A program made the translations under genes and the position numbers. DNA of 64,000 nt from Patellaria atrata CBS 101060 (lineage: Eukaryota): positions 62,001 to 126,000 of the forward strand of contig MU006103.1 in the NCBI GenBank assembly GCA_010093705.1. The letters run 5' to 3'. The notes beneath the pieces were generated by a model. It ran no database searches. It was not told the origin of the DNA and was given only the letters and a program-made list of their open reading frames with translations. Within the stretch, counting starts at the first letter, position 1; every line of letters starts with the position of its first letter. This document shows positions 48,784 to 60,909 of this stretch, in pieces.

Positions 48784-50234
48784 TATAACAGTGATGTATA
48801 TCAAGCTAGTTCTGGGTGACCGAAAGCGTTTTGAGGGGCATTGTTGTCATTTAACGTCTGTACACTGTATGTTAGCCGGTCGTTGATACTGTCAGATTAC
48901 GGAGTAGAAAAAAAAAATAGATCTCTGCACTTTGTGCAATACATTTCTTTGGACCTTCTATAGCCTAAGCCTTGCAGCCTGCCTTCCTGGAGTGTGAACG
49001 AGTTACGCCACGCTAGCTATTACCCATAGGTAGTACTTACTTAATACAAAAAGATAAACTAAGATGACATCTACGTAGTCCGTATAAACCTATGTACTCC
49101 CTACCGTTCATGATACCGCATAGTCTTGTCTATTTGCACACTGGCTAGGTACTCTACTCCCGCAAAACATGTTGACGTACTTTCACTAGATCGATGCTTC
49201 ATACCCAATAACAAGCGTAACAACCGGTTTCACTAGAGAGAAGTTTTCAGCGCGGTCGAGTCCCTTCAATTCGCTTCACTTTAGGTAGAATCGCAAAGGT
49301 GGACGTAAACATCAAGCGGCTAATTCCGATTTTCTATGATAAATATACAGAAATAGAGGGAAATTGAGGTAACTTTTCGTTTGCTTTCGTTTCGGTCTCA
49401 GCGCAAGGGTAAAGGGGCCATCAGTCAAGATTCACTTAATTTTGATGAGTCAGCGTTCACTTCCCGAAACGGTTAGCTGCAAGCACGATTATATTCGATA
49501 CGTTTTTCGAGAAATATTCGTCTTCCTTACATCTCACTTTGAGCAGACGTAACTCACTTCTAGCAGTCGTAAGTCATTTCTTTTTTGTGAATTATAAACG
49601 TCCCATGGTGCGACTACCCATGGACCTACCCAATGGACCAAGGTGTCAACCCATGGGACATCAACACAGGTTTGCTCTTGATTCTCATTACAATTCTTTC
49701 CCACTAAACATGTTGAAAGTCGTCCATTCTTTCAATGTGTTCTGGAGTTTACGAATCTATTTAACTTTTCCAAATGCAGTCTTCGCTACTGCAGAATTAT
49801 TTTCCTCTTCCAGTCTTCGAAACCCTTAGAGTCATGGTGCAGGAAAAATTTCCTGTTCTGAGCCTCATAAAATCATACCATGGAGAGTTAGCTCTACTTA
49901 GAATTGAGTGGTATCAACTACCTGTACATGGTATCTGTACGGCGTTGAGACGTACTCACATGCGATACACGATTCGATATAGAGATGTGAGCAAACCAGA
50001 CAAGTGGTGAACGTAACGTCCTCTTTTAGGAAAATAAGTTAACAAATCATAGGCGCAGACTGAGATAGAAGTCTCTACACACAATTATCTCGACATTCAC
50101 AATCCTCCCACTGGGTACAGCACTCTTCCTTCCTCCATATCATCACGACATATTCATTCGCCGCCCGAAACACACAATACCACCGCACACAGTAAATTAT
50201 CGATACCATTGTACGAACCCAAACCTAAGAGACC

Positions 50235-51104
50235 ATGGCTACTACGAGTAGATGTGTTGTCTGCCTGGACACTGAAGAAGAGACTTCAACAGTCATACAC
50301 CGCCTAGGCTGCCCCGGACACCATATGTGTACGGACTGTTTGAAGGAATCCTTCGAACGAGCAATGAGGTTCGAGGGAGACTACCCCCCAACCTGCTGTG
50401 GACGAGAGGAATTATCCTTCGTCCAGTACTATCCCCTGATGGACCCGGACTTTGTCAGGAGATACGAGGCCAAAGAAGAAGAGTACAGTGTCCCCCAGGG
50501 GGAGCGGAGATACTGCTCAAACAGCGAATGCACGACATTCTTGTCCCCAGAAATTCACAAAAAAGATACGTCAAGGGCAAAATGCCCCAACTGCAATACG
50601 ATCACCTGCACCGAGTGCAAGAGCGAGGTCGCCGTCTCTCCCAACGGCGAAACAAACTCCCACCACTGCGAATATACGCAGGAGGAAGTCGGCTTCGAGA
50701 GGGCGGTCAGAGAGCACAGATACCAGCGCTGCCCCAATTGCGATCGAGTAGTTGAGCTCATGGAAGCATGTAACCATATAACATGCGTATGCGACCAAGA
50801 ATTCTGCTATATTTGCGGAGAAGAATGGGCAGGCCTTCATGCTTGCCCACAATACGGGCATCCAGAGTACGATGCAGAAGGGTATAACCAAGATGGCTTC
50901 CATCGAGATACCGGCTTCGACCGGGATGGTCACCCTGCATTCGATGCTCGGGGTGGTGGTAGGGGAGAAGGAGAAGAAGAAGAAGAAGAAGAAATAGGAG
51001 AACGAGAGAACCAAAGGTTCACAAACGCATATCTCGAGTTCGCCAGGTTGTTAGCTCAAGACCGGTTCCGCGGAGGCTTTGGCTTTGGACAGGACTTTGA
51101 TTAG
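50235..51104 (+). CDS. RBR (RING-IBR-RING) E3 ubiquitin ligase (289 aa)
   Basis: CVVC..CPGHHMCTDC..PPTCC; IBR YCSNSEC..CPNCNTITCTEC..HHC; RING2 RCPNC..EACNHITCVCDQEFCYICGEEW, including the catalytic Cys. Confidence 0.95.
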   Translation: MATTSRCVVCLDTEEETSTVIHRLGCPGHHMCTDCLKESFERAMRFEGDYPPTCCGREELSFVQYYPLMDPDFVRRYEAKEEEYSVPQGERRYCSNSECTTFLSPEIHKKDTSRAKCPNCNTITCTECKSEVAVSPNGETNSHHCEYTQEEVGFERAVREHRYQRCPNCDRVVELMEACNHITCVCDQEFCYICGEEWAGLHACPQYGHPEYDAEGYNQDGFHRDTGFDRDGHPAFDARGGGRGEGEEEEEEEIGERENQRFTNAYLEFARLLAQDRFRGGFGFGQDFD

Positions 51105-53860
51105 AACTAGATCGCCAAGCCTTTGCTTTCTGCCCATTTGGCCTTAGTGTAGCTCTAACTATGTAATACATAAGCATATTTGGACGTCTACCCATCCTGA
51201 CTCTCGCTCTCATTTAATTCCGTACGAACTCATTTTATACTTATAGCTTCTGTAGTGTAGGGATTGTGAGAAAGTATGCGAACCGTGGCAAGGTCCAAAG
51301 GATCGCTGAGTAAGCTTACAATACGGCCGCACTCCGTTGACATGTTTCACCCTCCCTTGCGAGTGCATACCTTATGATCCACACTCGACGGTTCTTAGTA
51401 TTGGAACGATTATATCTTAGATCAGCGGTGAGCGTATACCCATAATCGAGATAAGTACTCTCCTTCCGTATTGATACACCTACAGCTCCCTCTCGACGAA
51501 TCGGGCCATATATCACACTGGGAGTCGCACCAAGCGTCTTATACTATACAAGTACCGTATGGCCCCATAAACGGTGTTTCGAGCATTTCGTGGTCTCCTT
51601 TTATAGCATGAAATGATAAGGTGAACTTGCGGAACGTCTTGAGATGGGAATATGCGTAGGCCGGCAATCTTTTCTTTCTGGATTGGATCCGATCTATACA
51701 GAGTACTATAACGTCCTATGGAGACTTCTGACGGCATCCCGGATTTGCGTTGTTTGGAATTTAGAATGACGCATCGCATTGCACATGGATCAGTCAGCAT
51801 GAGACGTGGGATTGTTGAACACCAAGGACCAGAATGCCGGACGATGTTCGATAGATGCGATGATCATGCATCGCTTCGATCATCTGTGACCAGGATCTAT
51901 CAGCCGATTCAGGGTATGGTTCCTACAATTCCCGCTCATTTTGCATATATTTCAGACGATCACAAGAGCCCTACGACACTCAGTTTAAAAGGACTTATCG
52001 GTACACCTAATATACTGGATCTTAGGTGGAGTCTGCCTTGCAATGACATGTTGACTGTCCAGTTATATATGTGATCAAGGTGGGTCTATCACAGTCACAT
52101 TTAACCGTAAACCCAAATCTCACGTAACATTAGGGTTTCCTGTTTGGACTTTCATCCTTCCGCAAATTTCTCTTCTGTTTATTCGCGTATTAGATCAACT
52201 ATACAGTCATTCCGTGCTTTATACTTTAAGATTAGGATAGATAATTGCTTAACTCCACATTGATTCTTCTTCATTATGTATTTCTATTTAACTCTTATGT
52301 TACACCGAATATTTCTCATCCCGAGCATATTGAAACATTCAACATCTCCTTTAGGTCTGACCATACAACCTTATGTAGGGCCTCACCGCCCATCTGATCC
52401 ATTATACTTCTCTTTCACCTACCAGCGTTTATACCTTCTAAACTAAGTCCTATTTTGAACTCGTAACATTAGCAATCATCACGCCAAGCAAACTTATCCT
52501 ACATTTTTATGATAGAGGAACATTTAGGAAATAAGCTTCATATTAGTGAGTAACCTTTCAGCAACTTCGGGGGTAAAGAATCAAGTCAGCATAAGCGGTT
52601 CAAACAAGAAAGATTTATAAGTTACACCAAAACGGTCAGGCACAGCACCACGCTTTTGTGTCATTCCATATAGCAATCTATCGAGCTATATGTGAATATT
52701 TACGCCACATGTACTTAGGAAGGCCGAATAAGAAAAATACTCGCTAGACAGCTTACGACCTATGCGGAGAACGATCCTATTAGGTTTATTGTCTACTCAG
52801 GTTTAGGTCCTCTGACGAGCAAAGTTTGAGCCTACGTCGTGACGAAATCCTTGATAATGCACCTGCACATCGGCCATTGCTACTAATTGTGATTGAGGTC
52901 CCCAATGGTTCCGTGCCGTGGATGTTCTATAGGTCCTGATCCAACCACTTTCGTCTCCTAGACAAGGGACACGGCTTACTCTGTTCCATTCTGCATTCTA
53001 TGATTGAGCACAGAATAACGACTGGATTTTCTCGGTACGTGAAACCCCCCATTGACTGATGTGGAGCATTTGTGGATCCTGAAGTATCCGCTGCTTCCAT
53101 AACTTGCCACCGACGCACATGTTAAGCCCATAGTATTTTGTTATATTCGATATACGGTGTGAAGGTTCTAATCATTGAAATATTAAACTGATTTTGATAT
53201 TAGGATCCAGTGTTCCGCATGCATGGAGCACTGCTATAGGAGTAGCCCTAAGAAATATAAGGCTGACCAGCCATAGTCTTAATCCTCAAAATCACACCCT
53301 TACGAACTCTGATAGAAGTGCTCTGATAGAACCCAATTGTGGCTTGAAGGATCATTTTTTGACGGTCAGGAGCAAGTCAGTTTGGTTGCCTCTCCTATCA
53401 ATACTCACTTCGGCAGATATCTCTTTCACACTCTTGTAACCATTGCCGTCAGAAGGGATCAAGCCGCCATTCACAGCTTCAAGAATTTCTAAAAAATGTT
53501 TCATTATAGCAGTCTAAAGCGGAAACAAGTGGTCCACCAATCCATGCTCGCAGTGTCGATATAATTAACAATTAACTTTCCCTTGTTGCCGGCGTCATCA
53601 GCTAATGAAGGAATGTGACCAACAACTAGGTTGTCATACCACAGCCTCCTTTTGTATCCAGAACAAGGATACCCCATTCTATGCTCATGCAACGTCTGTC
53701 AGACAGGAGGACGTCGTTGCGTCCATCTTGAAGTATATAAGGAGGCAAGTACAACATCAAATTCCCCTCATCGCTCAACAGCATCTGCTCTTTCAATACA
53801 AAGAAAGGACTTAAACAGCAAATCTTCCATACAATCCTACTCTCCCCTCAACTCGCAAAC

Positions 53861-54289
53861 ATGCATTTCTCCACTATTGCTTCTTCAGTCCTCTTGGTCG
53901 TCTCTGGCGTCACTGCTGCCCCAAACCTCGTCGTTCGCGACATCGCCGCTGAGGTCGCCCTTTACACGGGCCGTGGCTGCACGGGCGATGGTGTCAGGTT
54001 CGGGACCGCTTTCCCTCCAGATGATGGTTCCTGCTTCGTCATTCCTCAAAACCAGGGTATCGCCAATAGTGGCATGATCGACACTCCAATTCCCGCGGGC
54101 TGCACACGTAAGTTATTCCGTTTCAAGGTTCGATGATGCTCGAAACTAATGGGTTCTGGGCCAGTCACTTTCTGGGCCAATCCGACCTGCAACAGCACCA
54201 ACTTTGTCCCTGTCAGTACTCAAAACCAGTGCTTTACCTTGGGGGATGCTGGTCCCCTCCGCTCTGTTCGCTCCAGCGGGCCTTGCTAA
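53861..54289 (+). CDS. Small secreted cysteine-containing protein (123 aa, effector-like)
   Basis: Signal peptide MHFSTIASSVLLVVSGVTA. Exons 53861-54107 and 54165-54289 (LTFWANPTCNSTNFVPVSTQNQCFTLGDAGPLRSVRSSGPC*). Six Cys. TATATAA upstream near 53734. Confidence 0.9.
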
Positions 54290-54925
54290 GTAGATCGCTC
54301 GAAGGGTGGTTGTAGGGGCGTATGTTTTGGTGTATAGAATTCGGATTGCTTGGGGTTCAACACCCCAGTTGAGATTTTGAGGGTGATGGGATCTATTCGC
54401 TCGCTCTTCGGATCATGGTGTCTCGAAATAGTCCTCTTCGCCTCGGTCTTCAATACAAGCATTCCTCCATGATTTGATCTGTTAAGTGAATGTGATGAAT
54501 GCTCCTCCTCTTGTCATGGTGCTCAATTCTTCCCGCGCTGAATTTAGGTTCACAGTAAGGTTCCCCTTTATGTAAGTACATCATGCTATTGAGGTTCAAA
54601 ACTGTGGTATTCTATAATAGACCATCCTCTTCAAGTTTGGTCAAGTTGAAAGATTGTCATATAATATGGGAGAACAGAGACTTGGAATCACTTACTCGAC
54701 TACGAGACGTCGCGTCGTACCCCTGAAAGAGTTATGGTGTCGGCGGATCTTCGGAAAATTCCGACAACTCGGTGCACGGTTCGCCTTGCACGAGTCGATC
54801 GTCCGCCCTTTCAAAATAACAATCTCAGATCCTTTTGCAAAATATCCTCACCGCTCGCTATCTATTCTATACCACCAAATCCCCTTCCGTACCTCAATAT
54901 ATTCCCACCAGATATTCTTTCTACT

Positions 54926-55159
54926 ATGCTCCGCCGACCCCCAACAAGAATACAACTAACATCCGACGACATCGCAGCGTATGAAACACGCAGACAACAG
55001 AGACTCTACGTCGCGCAGCTGAATCAACAGTCAAGTAGTGATGCGGGAAGAGCAAGTGCCAGTAGGGAGAATTCGGGGTTGAATGAGGAGATGGGGAAGG
55101 AGAAGAGCGGGTCAAAGATGGAGAGGATCATGGGGGCGAGGACTGGGGGGAGGAGTTGA
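54926..55159 (+). CDS. CDC26: Anaphase-promoting complex subunit CDC26 (77 aa)
   Basis: N-terminus MLRRPPTRIQLTSDDIAAYE matches the CDC26 signature MLRRxPTxIxLxxxDI. Confidence 0.9.
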   Translation: MLRRPPTRIQLTSDDIAAYETRRQQRLYVAQLNQQSSSDAGRASASRENSGLNEEMGKEKSGSKMERIMGARTGGRS

Positions 55160-56041
55160 GATGTGAAGAGAGTTATGACGAGGATTGGATTATGAAGGGA
55201 ACGGGGAATGAGAGCTGTTTTGACTGGGCACTACGAGGCTCCTTTTACGAGGTACGGCGAATAACTATGCGTCCACATTTCCCTCCAGGGCCTCGCGTCA
55301 CGTCCCTACCAATTTGGCATCATGCTTGAGGGAGTGCGGCTTTTTAGTCACCTTTCTGACTGCCATACCTTCCGGGGAAGCTATGAAGCCAGAGTCTACG
55401 TCCTGAGTGCGAGGCGGAGACGACGTCGTGCTCCCCTCACTTGTCCAGCTTCAGCAGCACAATGGGGATTTTGGCTGCTACATTGGTCATTGACCCTCTC
55501 CGTTCTACCACTTTATATCTGTCTTTTACGGACCGATCCGCCAATGGATTTGTCCAACCATAGAATTTGGTGGCTAGAACCTCAGTGACTTCGCGCATCT
55601 TCTTCTGGACCAAACCTCCACCGACCTTATCCTATTAAGTGGCATGTTCATGCAGGAAAACTCCCGCTCTGATTTTTAGGAATACATATCCTATATCTCC
55701 TGTATCTCGTCTTGGATATCAAACATCTGACGTTTAAGCGTAGAAACGATATCTCCCGATTATCAAGAAGGACTACTCGAACAGAGAATCACAGTAGCTC
55801 CTATTCCAATTCAATACCCTAGTGTGCGATAATTATTGTTGCATTACTGAGATTAAGTCTTGCAAATACATTGCTGGTAGAGGCAACTTCAAATGTTTAT
55901 CCTCTAGGTAATTTTAATGCAGTTTTCTAGTAACTGTCAATCTACATAGCAACACATAAATAATTGCCTTCTTCCAATAAAAAGCTTCACAAATGCATAT
56001 ATGAGGATCCAAAATGAGCATTGTTGAAACGAAAGTGACCC

Positions 56042-56051
56042 GTCACGTGAC
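56042..56051. promoter_or_regulatory. Palindromic E-box GTCACGTGAC upstream of nuclear ATP8
   Basis: Perfect 10-bp palindrome about 110 bp upstream of the ATG; a CCAAT box lies at 55974-55978. Function is inferred only. Confidence 0.35.
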
Positions 56052-56162
56052 CCTCGGTCTAATCCCGGAAGTAGCTCCCAAGCCCAGCAGCTTCCTTCGG
56101 ACCTCAATTGACGACTTCATACCTCACAACATCCATCTCGAACTCCAAATTACACATCCATC

Positions 56163-56596
56163 ATGTCTTCCGCACGCCTCTACCGGCCTCTGACAAGGGC
56201 CTTCCAAGCTCAATCAGCTATTACACGCTCAATTGGTACCACCGCCGCCGCGAGCCGCTTCCTCGCATCCAAGACGCCAGCTAAGCTCGGCATGTTCACG
56301 CCCTCAGTCTCTGCGCAATTCAAGGAGGGACGACAAACTACGGCGCTGTCTAAGAATATAGGCATAGTAAGTATCCTATAGGAAGACTGTGGATGGGGGT
56401 TTTGAGAGGGTAATGTCTGATAACGGGACAGATCCAACTCCAGTCCGCGATGCCGCAGCTCGTGCCGTTCTTCTTCGTCAACGAGACTGTCGCTGCTTTC
56501 ATCCTTATCCCGACGCTTATCTATGTCTTTTCGAAGTATGTTTTGCCGCAGAGGGTGCGCAATATGTTAGCAAGGGTTTTCATCACTAAGTTGTAA
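56163..56596 (+). CDS. ATP8: Nucleus-encoded mitochondrial ATP synthase subunit 8 precursor (122 aa)
   Basis: Exon 1 56163-56366, intron 56367-56431 (GTAAGT..CTGAT..CAG), exon 2 56432-56596. The C-terminal 48 aa from 56450 (MPQLVPFFFVNETVAAFILIPTLIYVFSKYVLPQRVRNMLARVFITKL*) match fungal Atp8 in length and motifs. They follow a 74-aa leader with 10 Arg/Lys and 1 acidic residue. Confidence 0.93.
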
Positions 56597-57007
56597 ATAT
56601 GAGGGAGAATAAATATGAGGTGGGGAGGAAGGGGGATTGATAGAGATCGGGATAGAATATATTCCAGTTGCTCCTGTGTGCTTGAGAAATTGGAGATCGT
56701 GATTTCATAAAGTTGTGCTATAGTTGAGGACATGGTTTGGTCTCGATTCTGAGGGAGATTCATCAGGACGGAACAATGCTTCAAGTTCGGAATCGGCACT
56801 CCATCGGAATTGGCTATTTGCGATTTATATGGCTTCCGAAAAAGAAACATCACGTACGAGCAAACCATCCATCCACAAAGCGTTACAAAAAATAAAATGA
56901 AAAAGAAAAAGGCAAAACAGTTTCGACCCGCTCCCCACGGATCGAGATCCATGCAGCGGGGTGGTACTTCTGCTTGAGTGCATTATTCCCCCTCTTCATG
57001 TTTGACC

Positions 57008-57190
57008 TCTGGACCGGTTGGTTTTGGCCTGATCAGTGTGGTGGGATTTTCTCACCACTAGGCCACGGGTCTCTGGGATATAGAAAGAAGTAACGGTTTG
57101 TTTGTTTATAAACTGTAAGTGGAAGGAACCTTTTTAGCGGGGGAGGGGTATTAAAATAACACCTCCCTTTCTTTTCACCTGTAAACAACC
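57008..57190 (+). ncRNA. Candidate box H/ACA snoRNA
   Basis: Hairpin 1 (GACC/GGTC, TGGCCT/AGGCCA, GTGGTGGGA/TCTCACCAC), box H-like ATAGAA at 57080, hairpin 2 (GTTTATA/TGTAAAC, GGGGGAGG/CCTCCCTT), ACA at 57185. Folded by eye. Confidence 0.4.
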
Positions 57191-57871
57191 CCTTTCCCCC
57201 AAGAACCCTTAGGTCTCCCCAATTTCTTGTCTAGAGTCAAGGACAACCATCAAATAACTATAGAGATGTCGGGAAACGAAGTTATACTGACGCGAACTGT
57301 AGATCTTACGATCATGAGGGGGAATTGGCTAAGGAAATGTGATAAAGGGGATTCTAAACTATTGCCCACATCACTCAGCTATGCTACCATATAAACGTCG
57401 CGAGGCTCGCGTTGAATTATAGTATATGTCTTGGTTCTTAGTTCATAGTGGGAACATGTGAATCACTGCCGTAGACGAGTTTTCATATTTGGGTGCATGG
57501 TGAATAAGAAAATACTTTTGGGTAATGAAGTGATTATTGAATGTACTACAGCACTGTCAATTTTGAGCATGTTTGGTTAGTAATAAGATGCGTGCGAAGA
57601 GTACTCGTAAGAACATCCCAGAGTTAGGATACTGATTTATAATCATATCAATGCTTCCTGGGCTCCTTTGGGCTTTTTAAACGTTACGTCTCGCATTTGA
57701 CATGTTCAAAAAACCTTAAAGACACCTTACAAATCGTAGTCATATTATGCATGAACGCTTAGACTACAATATTCTCAGCTCCCTATATTTAGTTCATCAG
57801 ATGATGGGCTTCCCCTGTAGAGCCTTCAGAGAATCTATAGCCATGTTATCGTTGGTTAGAAATCCCCATAT

Positions 57872-60800
57872 CTAATAGTCCAGTAGATCCCCTAACAGCA
57901 GCCGCTGATACTTCTCAATTACCTCCCCACACCTCACCAGCACACCTGCCGCCAAACTCCTTATCCTCTCATCCTCATCACCACGCCCCAACCTATCAAA
58001 CACCAGCTTCATCCACCCCTGAATCTCGAGTAAAGCCTTCGCGTGATCCTGGGCAAGCCGCTGCTTATCCTCATTCACTTCCAGGGACATCAGCACCGCG
58101 AAGAGCCATGCTTCTAAGATCGCTGGCTCGTCGGCGTTGGATCGGATGGAAAGCAACAGGTCCCAAAGTTCGGAGGTCATTTGGGGGAGAGAGTGTGTTG
58201 AAGGACCGGAAGCGTGGAGAATGATAGCGAGGGTTTTGAGGTAGACGGGGAGGACTATGGGAGAGAAGTAGAGGGATTGGTTGCCGTATGCTTGTAGATG
58301 CGTCCACCATCTACCGGTCAACGGGAAGAAGAAACTCTGTGATACGATCTTAGCAAGTTCGTTGGGAATTACTTTTTTCCTCTTCTTTTCCACCTCCATG
58401 CGTGAGGAGAAGGTTCGGACTTTCAGTACGCTGGGACCGCTGAGTCGGTCTGCGGCATCGAGAGCTAGTGGCTCCATCACAGAGCGTTGAAGCCGTTTGG
58501 ATATGCTCTCGACAGGAGAAATTTCCGTTGCATAGATCTTGTGTAATCTTTCTGGGAGTTTTTTAGACGGAAAAGATTGTACAGCCGGAGTATTTGTGTC
58601 GTCTGAGCTATATCCTGCGAGTTCTCGAGCTCCCAGACCCATTGTTGTCAACAAGGTAACTCTTTGAGATAAAGAGTAATCACCCTCAAAGAAGGCTTTT
58701 GCGAACCACTGGCCCATTTCAGCCGGTTGGGCAAGTAGAGTCGCTACCATCGCTTGTTGTCTCATCTCATGAAATTTCTCGATGTCGAAGTTATCTTGCA
58801 ACCCTACGAGTGTCGAAGCAAGATCGTGTATGTGGTCTATAACCTCTTTGCCAAAGTTAGACTTTCGTCGGATGAGACTAGTAGATGTTTGAAGAGCTAA
58901 TATATGGCGATCATAGTTTTCGGAGTCTTTCAATCCCGCAATCAGATCACGAACGTATCTATAGAGTGTCAATATTGAGTTAAACAGTGCATTTGCCTGA
59001 TATCTACTTACACCGGGGCTATAGGCTTATTCCTCTGGACAAGGGTGGCATCCTCTGTGTCGTCCTCAGGATCGGAGTCTGGTTTACTATATGGTACGAG
59101 ATCATCGTCTTCAGAATCATCCAGAATTTCGACAACTCTTGGAACTTTTATCTCTGTGATCTTTGAACTGGATTTAGCATTTGATTTGACAGATTCAAGG
59201 TTTGCTTTTTGGGTAGTCAAAATCTGCTTAGATCTCTTTTGCGGCTCCCTTTCATCCATTTTAAGATCTTCTATTGTTCCAATGTTATCTTTGATTCTTG
59301 TAAGATCAGTAAGATATTCCACTTCCGTCTTTTCTGATTCATCAAAGTCGAACTTCATACGACTCTCAGGTTTGTCGACGAGTTCGGAAATTGCTACTCC
59401 AACAACCATACCCAAAAATCGAGCGCGAGGAGACGAAGCAGCGATACGGTTTGTCATGCCGCTACCATGTGTACTCGATCTTGCTATCATTAAGAGCGCG
59501 ATGGGTTGCTTACGATGAACATATCCGCATGCAAGAAGGAGCCTTTGGGCGAGTGCTGCTCCTGTTAGTGTTAAGTCAACTGGATATCATGATAACATTA
59601 CCTTCCTGTTGTAGTATTGGGGTATGCTTAATAAAAAGTTGGTCTCCAAATATATCGAGATTTTTCTCCAGGATTTGCTGTAAGCTGTCTAATCCTGTGG
59701 TCAGCTAACCCCTTATGTAGAATATTTGTCCCTTTTACCTTCATTATCGGAAAGCACAGCAAAGGCAACACGCAACATGCGGACGGATGAATTTAAACCA
59801 GCGGTTGTAGCGGATGTCGTCCACGTTACGACTATCTCCAGTAATCTTTCATTGTCTGACAGTAACCCGGCTAACAAGGCGGCGGATCCAGAAATATCTT
59901 TTGGTGTTTCCCCTTCCTTTTCATTGACATTGCTATTAGAGAATTTGAGAAATTGTCCACTTATGACCGATAGTACAGAGACTATGAATTTTTTCTGTTC
60001 ATGCAGAAGCAATTTGCTGACCAATTTACTCAGCGCTACCACGGACTTCCCTTGCGTGAGGACAGTCGAGCAGATGATCTCTCCTACTAGAGAGTCTAAG
60101 TAACCGAGAGTCATAGATTTTCTTAAGAGAAGGGACAAATCCGTCTGATAGGTATCATCATCAGCGTCTTTTGAGCCAAGCATTAGAACGATATTTCGCC
60201 CAAGCCATTTCGATGTATCACTCCCAGTCGCAATCCATGCCCTATTTACAGATGGTACCTCCTTTGATTCCTTGAGGACGTCTTCAGCTTGTGCACTAGC
60301 TGTAAGTACTTTCCCAGAAGCAACCAAAGAGACGAACTCTTTCCAGATCAACGTTCTCTGCAAAGGGCTAGCAATATGAAAGTAGATGGATTTCCAGATT
60401 TCATATGTTGTATTACCATCATGCAACACGAGTTCTAAGACTTCGAGTAGGTTAGATATGTGCTGAACGACTGATTTCCTCTCTCCTCGTCCCTTTTTCT
60501 GCTTGCTCTCCAACACCAAAGCTTTAAGCCTGGCTACAATCGCTCCTATTCCTGAGGTATTCCTAAGACATGTAATAATATCTTGCTTGATTAAGCGCTG
60601 AGACTTCTGTTTCCCTAATGATTCCCAGAAGTCGGGTATAATGATCGTGACAAGAGCATTAATGAGTTGAGACGAGACAGGACCTGGTACGGTAATCTGT
60701 AAAAAGTTCCTTGCACCACCGTGATTGATATAGCTGAGGACATCTTGCAACTGTTGTCCATCAGGTTGTGATCTTAATACATCTATAATGTCCTCAGCAG

Positions 60801-60909
60801 ACGTGATGGGTTTATTGGTGGTCAATTTCGTTTCTTTGCTTAATGAAAGACCATTTTCAGTACTCTCTGTAAGCGGTGTAGTCTTGACGGGAGTCAAAAA
60901 GTCGTCCAT
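57872..60909 (-). CDS. TEL2: Telomere length regulation protein Tel2 (TTT complex)
   Basis: Multi-exon: MDDFLTPVK..; HTPILQQE; RARFLGMVVGVAIS; PYSKPDSDPEDDTEDATLV (CK2-site motif); P.YVRDLIAGL; LIRRKSNFGKEV; SLSQRVTLLTTMGLGARELAG. Confidence 0.95.

Noticed and set aside
56450..56596. atp8 as a non-functional NUMT
   Set aside because: Not AT-rich, no flanking mitochondrial sequence, frame intact, and joined in frame to a presequence by a spliceosomal intron.
56659..56877. ATATTCC and AAACCAT..ACA resembling snR30/U17 m1/m2 motifs
   Set aside because: The motifs are about 200 nt apart, lie in the ATP8 3' region and lack the adjacent closing stem.
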